Shown piece by piece: positions 1 through 13,000 of a stretch of DNA of 64,000 nucleotides. Position 1 is the stretch's first letter, and the number at the start of each line of letters is the position of its first letter. Source of the DNA: Macrostomum hystrix (taxonomy: Eukaryota; Animalia; Platyhelminthes); NCBI GenBank assembly GCA_950097015.1, contig CATNEN010000029.1, positions 4,216,001-4,280,000 on the forward strand. The letters run 5' to 3'. The translations under genes were made by a program, and so were the position numbers. The notes under the pieces were generated by a model, which saw nothing but the letters and a program-made list of their open reading frames with translations, was not told the DNA's origin and made no database searches.

Positions 1-429
1 GAGAGGCTAAAAATGGCTTCATCGTCATTTCGCATTTAGCTTCCCTTCCCCCTCAACCCGAGCCCATAAACCCCCAGGAGTAATAAGGATTCTATTTGGC
101 GTCTGTGCTTCGGCGGTTGGAGTAATGCTTTGTGTCGGCTAACGGGTTAAAGTCCCACCCAACAATGCACTTTGTCTTGATCAGTTACAGATACAAGTGA
201 AAGTGAAACTTAGTCTGTTCAGCCTTATCCAATGACTCTATAGAGCAAGGGTGCTCAAGCAATAGCTCACTCATTTGCTGATGGAATTATTTAAATTGAT
301 AATAAATACATTTGACTGAGAAGATAAGTAAACTCTAGGTTAAAAAACTGACTGAATTTCCTAACGGATGTGATAATCTCAAACTGAGGGGAAAAATATT
401 TCAATTAAGGGGATAACAGTCAAACTAAG

Positions 430-1560
430 AGGAAAGCATCAAACTGATGGGAAAGTATCAAACTGAGAGGATAATTTCAAACTGAGGGGATTATTGCAAA
501 CTGAGGGGATAATTGCAAACTGAGGGGATAATATTTAAATTGAGTGGATAACAGCCGAACTGAGAGGAAAGTATCAAACTGAGGGATAATTTTCAACGGA
601 GGGATAATTTTCAACTGTGGGGATTGTTTGAAACTGAGTGGATAATTTCAAACTGAGGGGATTATTTCAAACTGAGGGGATTATTTCAAACTGAGGGGAT
701 TATTTCAAACTGAGGGGATTATTTCAAACTGAGGGGATTATTTCAAACTGAGGGGATTATTTCAAACTGAGGGGATTATTTCAAACTGAGGGGATTATTT
801 CAAACTGAGGGGATTATTTCAAACTGAGGGGATTATTTCAAACTGAGGGGATTATTTCAAACTGAGGGGATTATTTCAAACTGAGGGGATTATTTCAAAC
901 TGAGGGGATTATTTCAAACTGAGGGGATTATTTCAAACTGAGGGGATTATTTCAAACTGAGGGGATAATTGCAAACTGAGGGGATAATATTTAAATTGAG
1001 TGGATAACAGCCGAACTGAGAGGAAAGTATCAAACTGAGGGATAATTTTCAACGGAGGGATAATTTTCAACTGTGGGGATTGTTTGAAACTGAGTGGATT
1101 ATTTCAAACTGAGGGGATTATTTCAAACTGAGGGGATTATTTCAAACTGAGGGGATTATTTCAAACTGAGGGGATTATTTCAAACTGAGGGGATTATTTC
1201 AAACTGAGGGGATTATTTCAAACTGATGGGATAATATTTCAATTGAGGGGATAACAGCCAAACTGAGAGGAAAGTATCAAACTGAGGGATAATTTTCAAC
1301 GGAAGGATAATTTTCATCGGAGGGGATAATTTTAAACTATGGGGATAATTTTAAACTGAGTGGATAATTTCAAACTGAGGGATTATTTCAAACTGAGGGG
1401 ATAACATTCAAACTGAGGGATAATATTTCAATTGAGGGGATAATTTTAAACTAAGGCGATTGTTTCAAACTGAGGGGATTATTTCAAATTGAGGGGATAA
1501 TTTTCAAACTGAATGGATAGTGTTCAACTAAGAGGGTAACGTTTAAACTGAGGGGGTGAG
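430..1560. repeat. 19-20 bp minisatellite AAACTGAGGGGATTATTTC
   Basis: Pure 19-mer core at 650-965; an internal block of about 120 bp is duplicated (about 541 vs 995). Confidence 0.95.
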
Positions 1561-2829
1561 AGGATAATTTGAAACGAATGGGATTGTTTGTCATCCTTGG
1601 TAGACTCATGCAATAATTTAGAGCTTATTTTCAGAATGAGTGGTTATAATAATTAGTCTGCTGTGTGAATGGCAAGAAAGTTTTCTATAGTAAAAGCCTG
1701 CTACGATAGCAACGCTACAATCGCCTAACTAGAACTAGATGCTCAAGATGAGCACATGAGAAAGGAGAGATGAGAGCTGAGCAGATTACTCCCTAGAGGA
1801 TCATCCCTGGCCCTGCCAGCCGGGATTCTCGCACCCGCCCATCGCCGTCAGCCTCATTCGATCTGACAGTTGCGGCTATTTGATACTCGTAGTACGCCCA
1901 CTAAATCCCCAAATCCGATTGAATGGCGCCTTACCGTCTATTTCCTCCCACCAGCCACTATATTTTCATTAGTTTCATTTTCTCATTGCTTTCGAGAGAA
2001 AAAAAGAACACAAAACACAGCAGAAACTGGGATAGAGAAGGAGGAGCAGACTCGAGCTAGATGGATCTGTCAGTTAATCTATTCCGTAGGAATTCCTGAC
2101 TGAACGATTTCTGACCATAGCATGTACTCGTAGTTTGTATTGAGACCAGCTGCCTAAAAATGCTTGATAATCCATGCGCACTGTGCCCTGGGTGCAGCAG
2201 CAGCAGCGGCAGCTCACTCTCATTCCTCAATTTTCCCTACTGGCGGCTCCATTTTGTAGATTACAAATATCCCCGCCCCTAGAACCAGGCTCATTTATTG
2301 TGGGGACCTGAATAACGCGATCTCTGCCTGTCTCTCTCCTGTGTCTCTTTCTCCCCAATATCAAGTCTGTGCGCGTGTTCTTTTGCACAAAAGCGGGACC
2401 CGCTTTCATCACTAATTTCATCTACTTCCATTTTGTATCATTTTGCTAGCCGGCCATATTCACTATCTAAGCAATTCTGAAACCGACTCAAAGCTTCTCA
2501 GATAAAAAACTGAACAAACTATCAATACCAGCGATGGTCGGGTATAGTCTATACCGTTATTTTTAAATCCTTCATTAATTTCTTGTTTATTTATTGTATA
2601 ATACAGTTTAGCATTTCTTATTCCTAATAATTGTTAGGAAATTCGCAAATTTCAAGCCCTTATTTACTCGTTACTTTCTAAGTCTGTTTTTTAGTTTTAA
2701 CTTTCAGATATACGGCTTCAAATCGTTACTTTAGCATCTTATTAATAAAATCGCTACTGATTTTAGAATGTATTGTCATCTCTTATTAAGCAGTAGTCGC
2801 TCTTTTTCGAATTCGGGTCCAGTTAGATT

Positions 2830-2975
2830 GAGGGGATAACATTCACACTGAGGGGATAACATTCACACTGAGGGGATAACATTCAAACTGAGGGGATAAC
2901 ATTCAAACTGAGGGGATAACATTCAAACTGAGGGGATAACATTCAAACTGAGGGGATAACAGCCAAACTAAGGGG
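2830..2975. repeat. 20 bp minisatellite AAACTGAGGGGATAACATTC (same family as 430-1560)
   Basis: About 7 tandem copies. Confidence 0.93.
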
Positions 2976-3048
2976 ATACTTGTAAATCCCCTTTGTCAGT
3001 AGTGCTCGCAGATCCACCCCTCGAAAACTGACAACACCGCAGTTCCTG

Positions 3049-3408
3049 ATGCTGTCCGCCCCGGGTACCCTGAGGCTAGCCTGCGTCAGCGTCCAGCTAG
3101 AAGAGCATCGCTGGCCAGCCCATCCTTCTGACCGGGCCCTGAGTGTCACCTCGCTGCTGGAGCGCCTATCCGAAGTTGAGCTGTCGCCTCAGGCTCGATC
3201 TCTGCTCAATTTAGTCACGGCTGCCAGTGGAGGCGGTGGCGGCGTGCGCAATGTTCCTCCCTGCCAATCGATTCCCGGCCTTCGTCAGTGGCTGGACGGC
3301 CGGCTAGACGCAATGGAGAAACGATTGAACAAGCGTCTGGACCAGCTGGAGGCTCGTATTAACGAAATCTCCCCCGCTGTTGAAGCCAGTGACCAGGCGG
3401 GCATATGA
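3049..3408 (+). CDS. Orphan ORF, probably the last exon of an unidentified gene, with a C-terminal coiled-coil-like segment
   Basis: GC-rich, protein-like composition, Gly run, LRQWLDGRLDAMEKRLNKRLDQLEARINEI heptads; possible acceptor CCGCAG at about 3042; AT-rich UTR-like sequence follows. Confidence 0.5.
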   Translation: MLSAPGTLRLACVSVQLEEHRWPAHPSDRALSVTSLLERLSEVELSPQARSLLNLVTAASGGGGGVRNVPPCQSIPGLRQWLDGRLDAMEKRLNKRLDQLEARINEISPAVEASDQAGI

Positions 3409-3724
3409 GGCGCATTCTAGGCAACCACCAAGTCGATGCCGCGATTGACTGTGTTTTTTCTTGCTACTTTCCTTGTTGTTTTCCATGTGTACTTGTAGGA
3501 GAGGCCGGACTGATCTGTTAGTGTTGTGCTTCGCTTTGTTTTTGCTTTGTGTTAAACTGGTCGTTACTCCGCAGTGCTGGATCGCCAATCTAGCGGATAG
3601 ACAAGCTTTTCAGTTTTTTTTGTGCGCTTGTTATGATAATCATGAATCAGTCATCTATGCATTGTCGTTATTCTGGTAAACAATCGTATTTTAACTAATC
3701 AGAATTAAGCAATCACTAGTCGGG

Positions 3725-3915
3725 TGTAAAAGCCACTCTGACCAATCATAAATTAGCAACAACTGTACATTGGATCTCGTAAACTAGTCAGGTGTAGAAT
3801 GTCACTCTGACCAATCAGAAATAAGCAATCACTGTACATTAGATCTCGTAACCTAATCGGCTGTAGAAATTCACTCTTACCAATCAGAAATAGGCAATCA
3901 CTGTACATAGGAAAT
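3725..3915. repeat. Degenerate tandem repeat (CTCTGACCAATCAGAAAT..AGCAATCACTGTACAT)
   Basis: 3-4 imperfect copies. Confidence 0.7.
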
Positions 3916-6644
3916 TTGCTATAGCAAATCAGAAAAAGCCTGTGTACATTGAATCCGGCCAATCGGCCGTAGGAAATCGATGTACATGCAATATTCTACT
4001 CAGTTTAAGTCTTAAATGTGCATTTAAGCCTGTCTTAAACGGGTTAACAAAAGTTCAGGCTAGCCAATGATATTTAAACAAGTCACGTACATTAAATGCC
4101 CAATGTACATGCTCACAAGAGTGGGACAAGACAGCTGTTGATGCATTCCAGTGTGCCGCGCATAGCTTTTCGCCCGCTGCTAAGGAAATGGAACAGCTAA
4201 AGTGTGACGGACAAAAAAGTGAATTTTTAACGCACAATTGGAAAACGTCGGTAGCTTTTTTTGACGTGTTGCCATGGAGATAAACAGGAAACAAAGCGGG
4301 ATTGCGGAATCGCTTTTTTCGCATCCCTCTTTTGTCCCACCATCCCGCTTGGCATTGTACTGAAAACGATCGCCATTGTTTGTCGCCTGACTGACCTCCG
4401 CGGCCCTCCTGAACCCTAGTGAACTCATACGAGCTACAGTGTCCTCGCTTCTCAATATCCGTCGGCTAGCTTTACTTATTGCTTTTAAGCGTGAAAATGT
4501 ATTAATGCAACTCTTATGCTTATTCGAAATAAGGCAAAGAGTGCCCGCCTTGTTGTCTGTCTGGCAGGAAAGCTAAAAGTACATTTTAAACGCACCACCG
4601 TCATCCCTCAGATCAGATTGGTGCGCGAGCTAATATTTTTCTGATTTGTGTTTAAAACTTTCAAAAATATCACGCTATTCAAACGCAAAAGCAAAATGAT
4701 TTTTTTCGTGTTTTTTATTTAAAAATGATTCGATCTTATTATTGCTATAAATATTCGCATTTCTTAGAAATTACTTCTTTGGTAAAGTCAAGCTCTCATT
4801 AATTTATGCAGCATAAAAATTCAGATCCTTCTATCTCGTCCTTCCTGTAAAAAAATCTTCACGCTCTTAGGGAGGAAGGTAAAATAGCAAGAAAATAATC
4901 TCCTAGCAATTTGATTGACTAAAATGAATTACTACCGCACCTATGCTTTTCGGGAAGAGACTAATCTTTAGTGTTTCAAGTCACTTCCACTCTCGCCCTG
5001 TCCCAAAGCCAAGATCCGAAACTGAAAGTGGGTTCTGCCAATGCCACGCGCACCGCGTAGAGATCTATTTCGCAATCTGGATCCTGTCACTAAGGGCCCC
5101 GAGTGGCAAGCGTCAGCGACAGAAGCTGCCAGTTATTCTTGGCTTAACTCTAACTCTCTTGACCTCAGAGGCAGCAGCAGTAACTCAGTCAGCTAATTAT
5201 ACTCGTACTACTGTCTGAGCACACACATTTTCTGCCTCTTTCCTGTTGTTCTTGTCTTCATTTGGTCTTCTAGTAGCATTTAGCAAAGCAAATGAGCAAA
5301 GTGACAGTCTGTGTGCGTGTGTGTGCGCGAGTGAGTGACGGCTGCTGTTGCTGAGGGCCTGGATAGCCTATAGCTATTAGTAGCCAGGGTCCGTCAGGAG
5401 CTACCTATTATTTTTAGAAGGTCTGAGGGAGAGAATCGAAAAGTCTTGTGAAATATACATGTTTATCTGAATGCTGGCTCGCATTGATTGGCTAGCCTAG
5501 ATCGGGCAGTCACTCGACGAAACTCGACTTAATTAAATCAAAATTGATCAGTCAATCAATAAATACTTGCTGTCTATAAATATATCAACAGATCAATCAA
5601 ACTAAGTAATCAATCTAAAAACCAGTGAACTGATCAATCAAATTGTAAATATTTCCGTCTATCTAATGATAAATCAATATATCAAGTAAACCTATCAATC
5701 AACCAGTCAACCTATCAATCAATTTGTCAATCTTCCTGCATATCAATCAATTGATGAATCTTAGTAATCAATCAATCGACCGCAAACTGTCCAATCGATA
5801 TAGCAAATCTACCAATCTATCAATTGATTGATAAATGAAAGAAGTGATCAATCAATCAAAAAATCTGCTGGTTAGCTCGTAATAAAAATCGGTCAATCGG
5901 TAGACAGTTTCTTCAATCAATGAATCTTTCTATCTGTTGTCTATCTATATGTATACGGTTATATAATTTGTCCTCTCATCGAGAGTCAACGAGTCGATTT
6001 GGCCCATCCCACTTCCACTAGCAGTTCAGAGCCTCCCTGTCGCTCTCCTATAAGTATTCCCTGCCTCCTCCCTCATTTGCTGACTTCCCAATTATCGGCT
6101 AGGGCAGTGTGGGCGGCTGCGGTTAAGAACGAACCATAGTAGCGAGCCATAGTTTTCGCGAATAGCTGTATAGGTAAGGTAGGCGACTGGTAGACACCAC
6201 AAATTTCTGCTTAAAAGGATAAAGAGAAATGGGAGAGAAAGAGAGAGGGAGAAAATAATACTCCTGCGCTGTTCTGTCAGCGCATTCTTGCGCGTGTGTC
6301 CTTCTCCCCCAAAGTTGGGATATTTTGAAAGCATCTATACTATAATACCTTTTTGCAATCTAGTTTGCCAAAACTGAAATCAATTTTGGCCACGGATAGA
6401 ATTTACTTAAATATTTCTATATTTCGGCTCAGCCTGCCCATTCATTGCCATAGTTTGAACCATAGACAAGTCCTTGAAACTGCATTCGACTTTGCCAACA
6501 GCAACTATGCAACAAATGAAGAACAATCTCAGACAAGAATTTCCAGACGCCCCAGATAGTAGAAGATGCAGCTAAGGCTAGCTGAGCTGATGGCGACTAA
6601 ATAAGGAACCGTAACACAATCATTACAGGGCATGTCTATAAATA

Positions 6645-7974
6645 CACTCAGCAACATTGAAAAGTTTCCACCCTCGCGCAAGTTGTATATTTAGAGTTTC
6701 AAAACCGGTTTTTGTCGCCAGACTTGTGCCATAGACGATTGATGATTTCGTCAACACGCACTTGGGCCATAGACGCCAGACAAGTCGAAGGAAACATTCG
6801 CATGTAGCAGACAGCAGTCAGCTTACAGGAGTCTATGATCCACGTTCGCAACCAAACGGAATGGTTCGCCAAATGACCGACCTGGAACGAGCGCGCGCCG
6901 TTGGCATGCTGGACGCTGGGGTGTCCATCCGAGCTATTACTCGCCAAATTGGGCGGTCTCGCACAGCAATCCGCAAACTGCAGATCAAGTGCAGAGAAAC
7001 TGGCAGCGTGGCGCTAGCCGGCCGGCGGCTCAATTTGCGCAGTACAACTAGGAGGGCGGACCGGCGATTGCTGCGAATGTCGAATGGAAGCCCCACATTG
7101 CCAGCCACCCTGCTACGGCTGATGTGGGCTGAAAGAAGCAGGCGAGGGGATTTCTGAGCGCCCAAACCATCCGACGACAATAGCGGGAGTTGGGGCTGTG
7201 ATCCCGTAAGATGCGCAAACGGCCATGCCTGACCCCAACCCATGTGGCCAGCCGGCAACAATGGGCAATGCAAAGGGTCCAGTGGAGGCAGCAGCAGTGG
7301 CGGCGAGTGATTTTCGCGGATGAGAACCGCTTTCGATTGTTCCGTGCCGACGGCCGCATTCGCGTGTGGCGCCAGCCACGCCAAGAGATGCTGCCGCAGC
7401 ACGTGCAAAACTCAGAGAGCCAGTCAGCTTCTATTCACGTGTGGGCAGGCATCACAATGCACGCAAAGACGGAGCTCGTGTTCCTGGATGCGACTGTGAC
7501 TGCCGAGTCGTATTTGCCAATTTTTTTGCCAAGCCAACCTTTTACAGACGCTGCTGCCCTTCATTGATGCTTCATGTGGTGGCGTGGGGAACAGCGTCCT
7601 CCAAGACGACAACGCCCCACCGCATCGCGCAGCCGCTGTGGTGCATCTGAAGGACTGACTACTTCGGAATCACTGTCTACCGCGAATCACTGTCTACTGC
7701 ATGGCAACAGCTACCGCAAGATTTTCTGCGACGCCTGGTTGTGGGTATGCCCGGAGAGTGTGCGCTCTGCTGCACGCACGTGGCTGCTGTACGCGTTACT
7801 GACCCTGTTCTGGGCCAGTTGGCACCAGATGCTCGCGTACTTTCTTTGCTGTTCCTTTGCTTCGTTCGAATCCGGATTTTATATCTGTCTATGGCTCAAA
7901 CCACAAATATCTCCACCTACCAAAACGTTGACCCATCGTGCGCTAGGGTGGAAACTTTTCAATGTTGCTGAGTG
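6645..7974 (+). mobile_element. Tc1/mariner DNA transposon, full-length but inactivated
   Basis: Perfect 30-bp TIRs CACTCAGCAACATTGAAAAGTTTCCACCCT (6645-6674 and 7945-7974), flanked by TA on both sides; 1,330 bp; contains a transposase remnant. Confidence 0.95.
6861..7802 (+). pseudogene. Tc1-family transposase pseudogene
   Basis: HTH-like N-terminus MVRQMTDLERARAVGMLDAG; VIFADENRF, IHVWAGI, LQDDNAPPHRA and C-terminal LRRLVVGM...ARGCCTRY*. It has several frameshifts and stops, and the WPxxSPDLNPIE motif is missing. Confidence 0.92.
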
Positions 7975-9159
7975 TATTTATACTCAAACAGTAAGTATAC
8001 GAAGTATACGACCGTATTCTATAAGGATTACATAGAAATGGGCTCCAGCTATTTATATCCCTTTACCTTAATCCCCTTTTCCTATATCCCTTTACATGGT
8101 TACCGTCTGCACACAGACTGTAAGTAGCAAGAAAGCGATGCGGTCTGCTCCACTTCGCTGATTGGCTGGCCTGGTGGTGGAGGAAGAGAAGTGAAGAGGA
8201 ACGTGTTGGCGGCGGAGAAATGGGGTGGGCGGTCTAGGCGAAGAATTGGGGTGGGTGTTGTTGACGGAGAATTGGGGTGGTTGCTGTAGCCGAAGAAATA
8301 GGTGCGGCAGAGAAATGGGGTGGGTGTAGGCGGCGGTGGAATGGGATAGGGTGCGTTGAAGAAAAAGGCTAAATGTCGGTTTCTACAGAACAGTGGTCTC
8401 GCTTCTATATTCACCTTGCATATAACAAAACTGACTTGTTTTGAAAAATAAATCTTAAGACGACCAGACTTCAAAGTTTTTAATGCCAATTAGCAGAAAA
8501 TATCTACGAAGAAGTATGTGTTTGGCTTCTATCGGTGTATCCAAAGAATTCATTATATTTAAGGACAGAATTGTTGAATTTGTTACAACAATTATTTGAT
8601 AAAAATGTGGTGAATATCCGTTACCAAGCTACTTTCTAACTATGAAGTAAAATAAATTAAAAGTGTTGTAGTGTCTACAAGAATAGAAAAATAGTTCCGC
8701 GCGTCTTTCACTTGAATTTTATCAATTATCTTTTTTCGACCTCGGACAATTAAATGGACAGAGATGGGACAAAAAAATATATAAATTGGTGCTTCTTTTT
8801 ACTGCTGTTAAAACTGTAGAAAAAAGAGACAAATAGAGACAAAAAGTGCAGCCCACAGTCTACATGTAGATGTTAAAATGAGTGGCATCTCAACAGTCAC
8901 GTTCACCGTACTACCATTTATGCTGTCTGACTAATTATTTCGCAATTTTCTTGGCGGGTGGCCAGAAACAGCACACTTTTGGCCAGAGGCAGAGCTGACA
9001 AAACATTATGTCTGAATAATGTTTGAATGTCTTAATGTCTGAAATAGCTAAGTAATTTTGCTTTTATTATGAGTCCTTTTTATTTTGTGGAAAGAAATCC
9101 AAATGTCCAGAGCTAAGACAGAACTGTCTACCTCTATTCACTACTCCTTATCTCTTTCA

Positions 9160-9530
9160 GTCCCATCACACCCCTCACTCAGACAGCCACCTCACTCCCG
9201 GATCACTCAGTCCCGCCAAACCCCTGATTTCCTCACCCAGACAGCCACCTCACTCCCGGCTCTCTCAGTCCCGCCAAACCCCTCATTTCCTCATCCAGAC
9301 AGCCACCTCACTCCCGGCTCTCTCAGTCCCGCCAAACCCCTGATTTCCTCACCCAGACAGCCACCTCACTCCCGGCTCTCTCAGTCCCGCCAAACCCCTG
9401 ATTTTCTCACCCAGACAGCCACCTCACTCCCGGCTCTCTCAGTCCCGCCAAACCCCTCATTTCCTCACCCAGACAGCCACCTCCCTCCCGGATCACTCAG
9501 TCCCACCAAACCCCTCATACCTCACCCAGA
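9160..9530. repeat. 58 bp minisatellite
   Basis: ACAGCCACCT recurs at 9241 and 9299 (period 58). Confidence 0.92.
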
Positions 9531-9873
9531 CAGCCGTCTTAATCCAGGCTCTCCATCCACGACTAAGATGGCTAATTATAAAAAGCAATAATAAAATCTA
9601 TGAAGCGGTTACAAGTACTGCGGCTACGCAATTTGAAGCATTGCCGTAAGATCGTATGCTACGAGGAAAGGGGGTAAAGAAAGTGCTACATCAGTGTCCA
9701 TAGGTCAGGGTTGCACGATAAAATCTTCCCAGCAGCAGTCATGTCCCGATGAAACAAAAGCTGTTATTATTTTGGTGAATCATTTTTTACTAGACCAAAT
9801 TACCTTCAGGGTGGCTCACGAGGGAATTATTAGTTAGATTTGCTTCTTAGTTACAATTCAACGCACTGTAGGC

Positions 9874-10046
9874 TCAGTCAGCATCGTCGCCAGTTGTCAC
9901 CCGGCGCCGCTGTTTTTCAAGAGCAGAGGCCGCCGATAGCGTTGTCGACTCGGCGGCCAAGTCGGCGAGGCCGAGGTGCTCAAACAGTCGGTCGAGCGTG
10001 TTGGCTATGACGGCTGACGATTCGTCTCTAACCTCCTCGTGCTTGT
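9874..10046 (-). CDS. PKD1-like: PKD1-like exon 32: cytoplasmic tail and stop
   Basis: TTTTTTTTCCAG acceptor; DKHEEVRDESSAVIANTLDRLFEHLGL...DDAD*; TGA at 9876-9874. Confidence 0.85.
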
Positions 10047-13000
10047 CTGGAAAAAAAACACAAATTACTACTGAAAGTAGAGCTGATTGTAGAGGGGCCT
10101 TGACATTATAGCAAAGAGTTATAAAGTACAGGATTAAAAGTATTGCAATATGAAAAAGGTAGACTTTAATGTAAAGATTCTTCCCCTCTACCCACTCTTC
10201 CCCTCTACCCTATCTTCCCCTCTACCTAATCTTCCCCTCTCAACTCTATCTTCCACTCTACCCAATCTTCCTCTCTACCCAATCTACCCCTCTACCCAAT
10301 CTTCCCCTCTACCCAATCTTCCCCCTCTACCCAATCTTCCCCTCTACCCAATCTTCCCCTCTACCCAATCTTCCCATCTACCCAATCTTCCCCTCTACTT
10401 AAGCTTCCCCTTAACCCTCTCTTCCCCTCTACCCAAATCTTCCAATCTACTCAATCTTCCTCTCTGCCCAATCTTCTCCCCTTTAATCTTTCTTTCTATA
10501 TAAACTTCCTCTTTATCCTAAACTTCCCCACACCCTAATCTTCCCTTCTCCCTATTATTTCCCTCAACTTGGTCTTCTCTCGTCATTATCTGCCATATTT
10601 CTAATATCCTCCAATCTATTCCCCACAATCAGATCCTCTCTCATGCTCTCACGCTCTTTCATTATCTTCCTCTTCTAGTGTTCTCACCTTGTATGTACTG
10701 GAATCGCCTGTCAACATTGGTGCTGGCCTGGGAGCCCCATCCGACCAGCTCGCCCAGCTTCTCCTTCAGGTAGTCAACCACTTCGTAGTCGTTGGAGGTG
10801 ACCGCCCAGTTCTGGCGCACCCGTCTAAACGACTCGGAAATGATGGACACGAAGAAGTTGATGAGAATGAAGGACACGAATAAGATGTAAATGAAGAAGA
10901 ATATTGGGCCTAGGACGCTGGATCCCGAGACGAATTTCTTGAAGTCGAACTTGTCTGCGGGGAAAGAAATCACTGCGCGTGCGAATTTGGGTTTCGATGC
11001 GGTGCCAATGCCTAAAATAGCTTCAGCAAAGAACACAACAGGAGTCACTAAATTGTCAGGCATAGGACAGAAGAGTGTCAGTGACATGCAAGCGAAGTGT
11101 CAGTGTCAGCGTATGGACAGCAGAGTGTCAGTGACATGCAAGCGAAGTGTCAGTGTCAGTGTATGGACAGCAGGGTGTCAGTGACATGCAAGCGAAGTGT
11201 CAGTGTCAGCGTATGGACAGCAGGGTGTCAGTGACATGCAAGCGAAGTGTCAGTGTCAGCGTATGGACAGCAGGGTGTCAGTGACATGCAAGCGAAGTGT
11301 CAGCGTATGGCCAGCAGGGTGTCAGTGACATGCAAGCGAAGTGTCAGCGTATGGCCAGCAGGGTGTCAGTGACATGCAAGCGAAGTGTCAGTGTCAGCGT
11401 ATGGACAGCAGGGTGTCAGTGACATGCAAGCGAAGTGTCAGTGTCAGCGTATGGACAGCAGGGTGTCAGTGACATGCAAGCGAAGTGTCAGCGTATGGAC
11501 AGCAGAGTGTCAGTGACATGCAAGCGAAGTGTCAGCGTATGGCCAGCAGGGTGTCAGTGACATGCAAGCGAAGTGTCAGCGTATGGACAGCAGGGTGTCA
11601 GTGACATGCAAGCGAAGTGTCAGTGTCAGCATATGGACAGCAGGGTGTCAGTGACATGCAAGCGAAGTGTCAGTGTCAACGTATGGACAGCAGAGTGTCA
11701 GTGACATGCAAGCGAAGTGTCAGTGTCAACGTATGGACAGCAGAGTGTCAGTGACATGCAAGCGAAGTGTCAGTGTCAGCGTATGGACAGCAGGGTGTCA
11801 GTGACATGCAAGCGAAGTGTCAGCGTATGGACAGCAGGGTGTCAGTGACATGCAAGCGAAGTGTCAGCGTATGGACAGCAGGGTGTCAGTGACATGCAAG
11901 CGAAGTGTCAGTGTCAGCGTATGGACAGCAGGGTGTCAGTTACATGCAAGCGAAGTGTCAGCGTATGGTCAGCAGGGTGTCAGTTACATGCAAGCGAAGT
12001 GTCAGTGTCAGTTTATGGACAGCAGAGTGTCAGTGACATGCAAGCGAAGTGTCAGTGTCAGCGTATGGACAGCAGAGTGTCAGTTACATGCAAGCGAAGT
12101 GTCAGTGTCAGCGTATGGCCAGCAGGGTGTCAGTGACATGCAAGCGAAGTGTCAGCGTATGGACAGCAGGGTGTCAGTGACATGCAAGCGAAGTGTCAGT
12201 GTCAGCGTATGGACAGCAGAGTGTCAGTTACATGCAAGCGAAGTGTCAGTGTCAGCGTATGGACAGCAGGGTGTCAGTGACATGCAAGCGAAGTGTCAGC
12301 GTATGGACAGCAGGGTGTTAGTGACATGCAAGCAAAGTGTCAGCGTATGGACAGCAGGGTGTCAGTGACATGCAAGCGAAGTGTCAGCGTATGGACAGCA
12401 GGGTGTCAGTGACATGCAAGCGAAGTGTCAGCGTATGGACAGCAGGGTGTCAGTGACATGCAAGCGAAGTGTCAGTGTCAGCGTATGGACAGCAGGGTGT
12501 CAGTGACATGCAAGCGAAGTGTCAGCGTATGGCCAGCAGGGTGTCAGTGACATGCAAGCGAAGTGTCAGCGTATGGACAGCAGGGTGTCAGTGACATGCG
12601 AGTGAAGTGTCAGTGTATAGGACAGCGAGGTGTCACCCGTTGGAGACTTGGTGGTGTCCGCATTAGGAAAGGGATGTTTTAGTGTCGCTTCAGCCGGGTG
12701 TTTGCATAAAGTTGAACTCACTCAGTGTCATAACGCCAAGAGTCTCCAGCGAAGCGACCACAGTGCTGAATGAGTCGACAGTTTTGTAGAAAAGCAAATA
12801 GCCCAGCTGCACAAAGGCGAACACCATGACAGCGAAGATGAACATGAAGTGCAGCAGGGGTTTCACAGCGTCGCCCAGCACTTCAGCCAGCATGTTGACC
12901 TTCCGGTTGAAGGAAAGTATTCGCAGAAACCTGATGGTAAACAGAAACACAATCAGGCCGATGAACAACTGGTTGAGCTGCAAATTTTATGGCGTTTATT

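Noticed and set aside
4032-4048. GTCTTAAACGGGTTAA, piggyBac-like right end (similar motif at about 141)
   Set aside because: No matching inverted left end or transposase in the window.
8100-8489. 129-aa Pro-rich minus-strand ORF downstream of the polycystin
   Set aside because: Low-complexity G-rich sequence with no recognisable motif; the polycystin already terminates at 9874.
12690-12721. In-frame read-through EFNFMQTPG resembling a pore motif
   Set aside because: It lies after a consensus GTGAGT donor and ends in a stop; the true continuation KFDFKKF is in exon 31.
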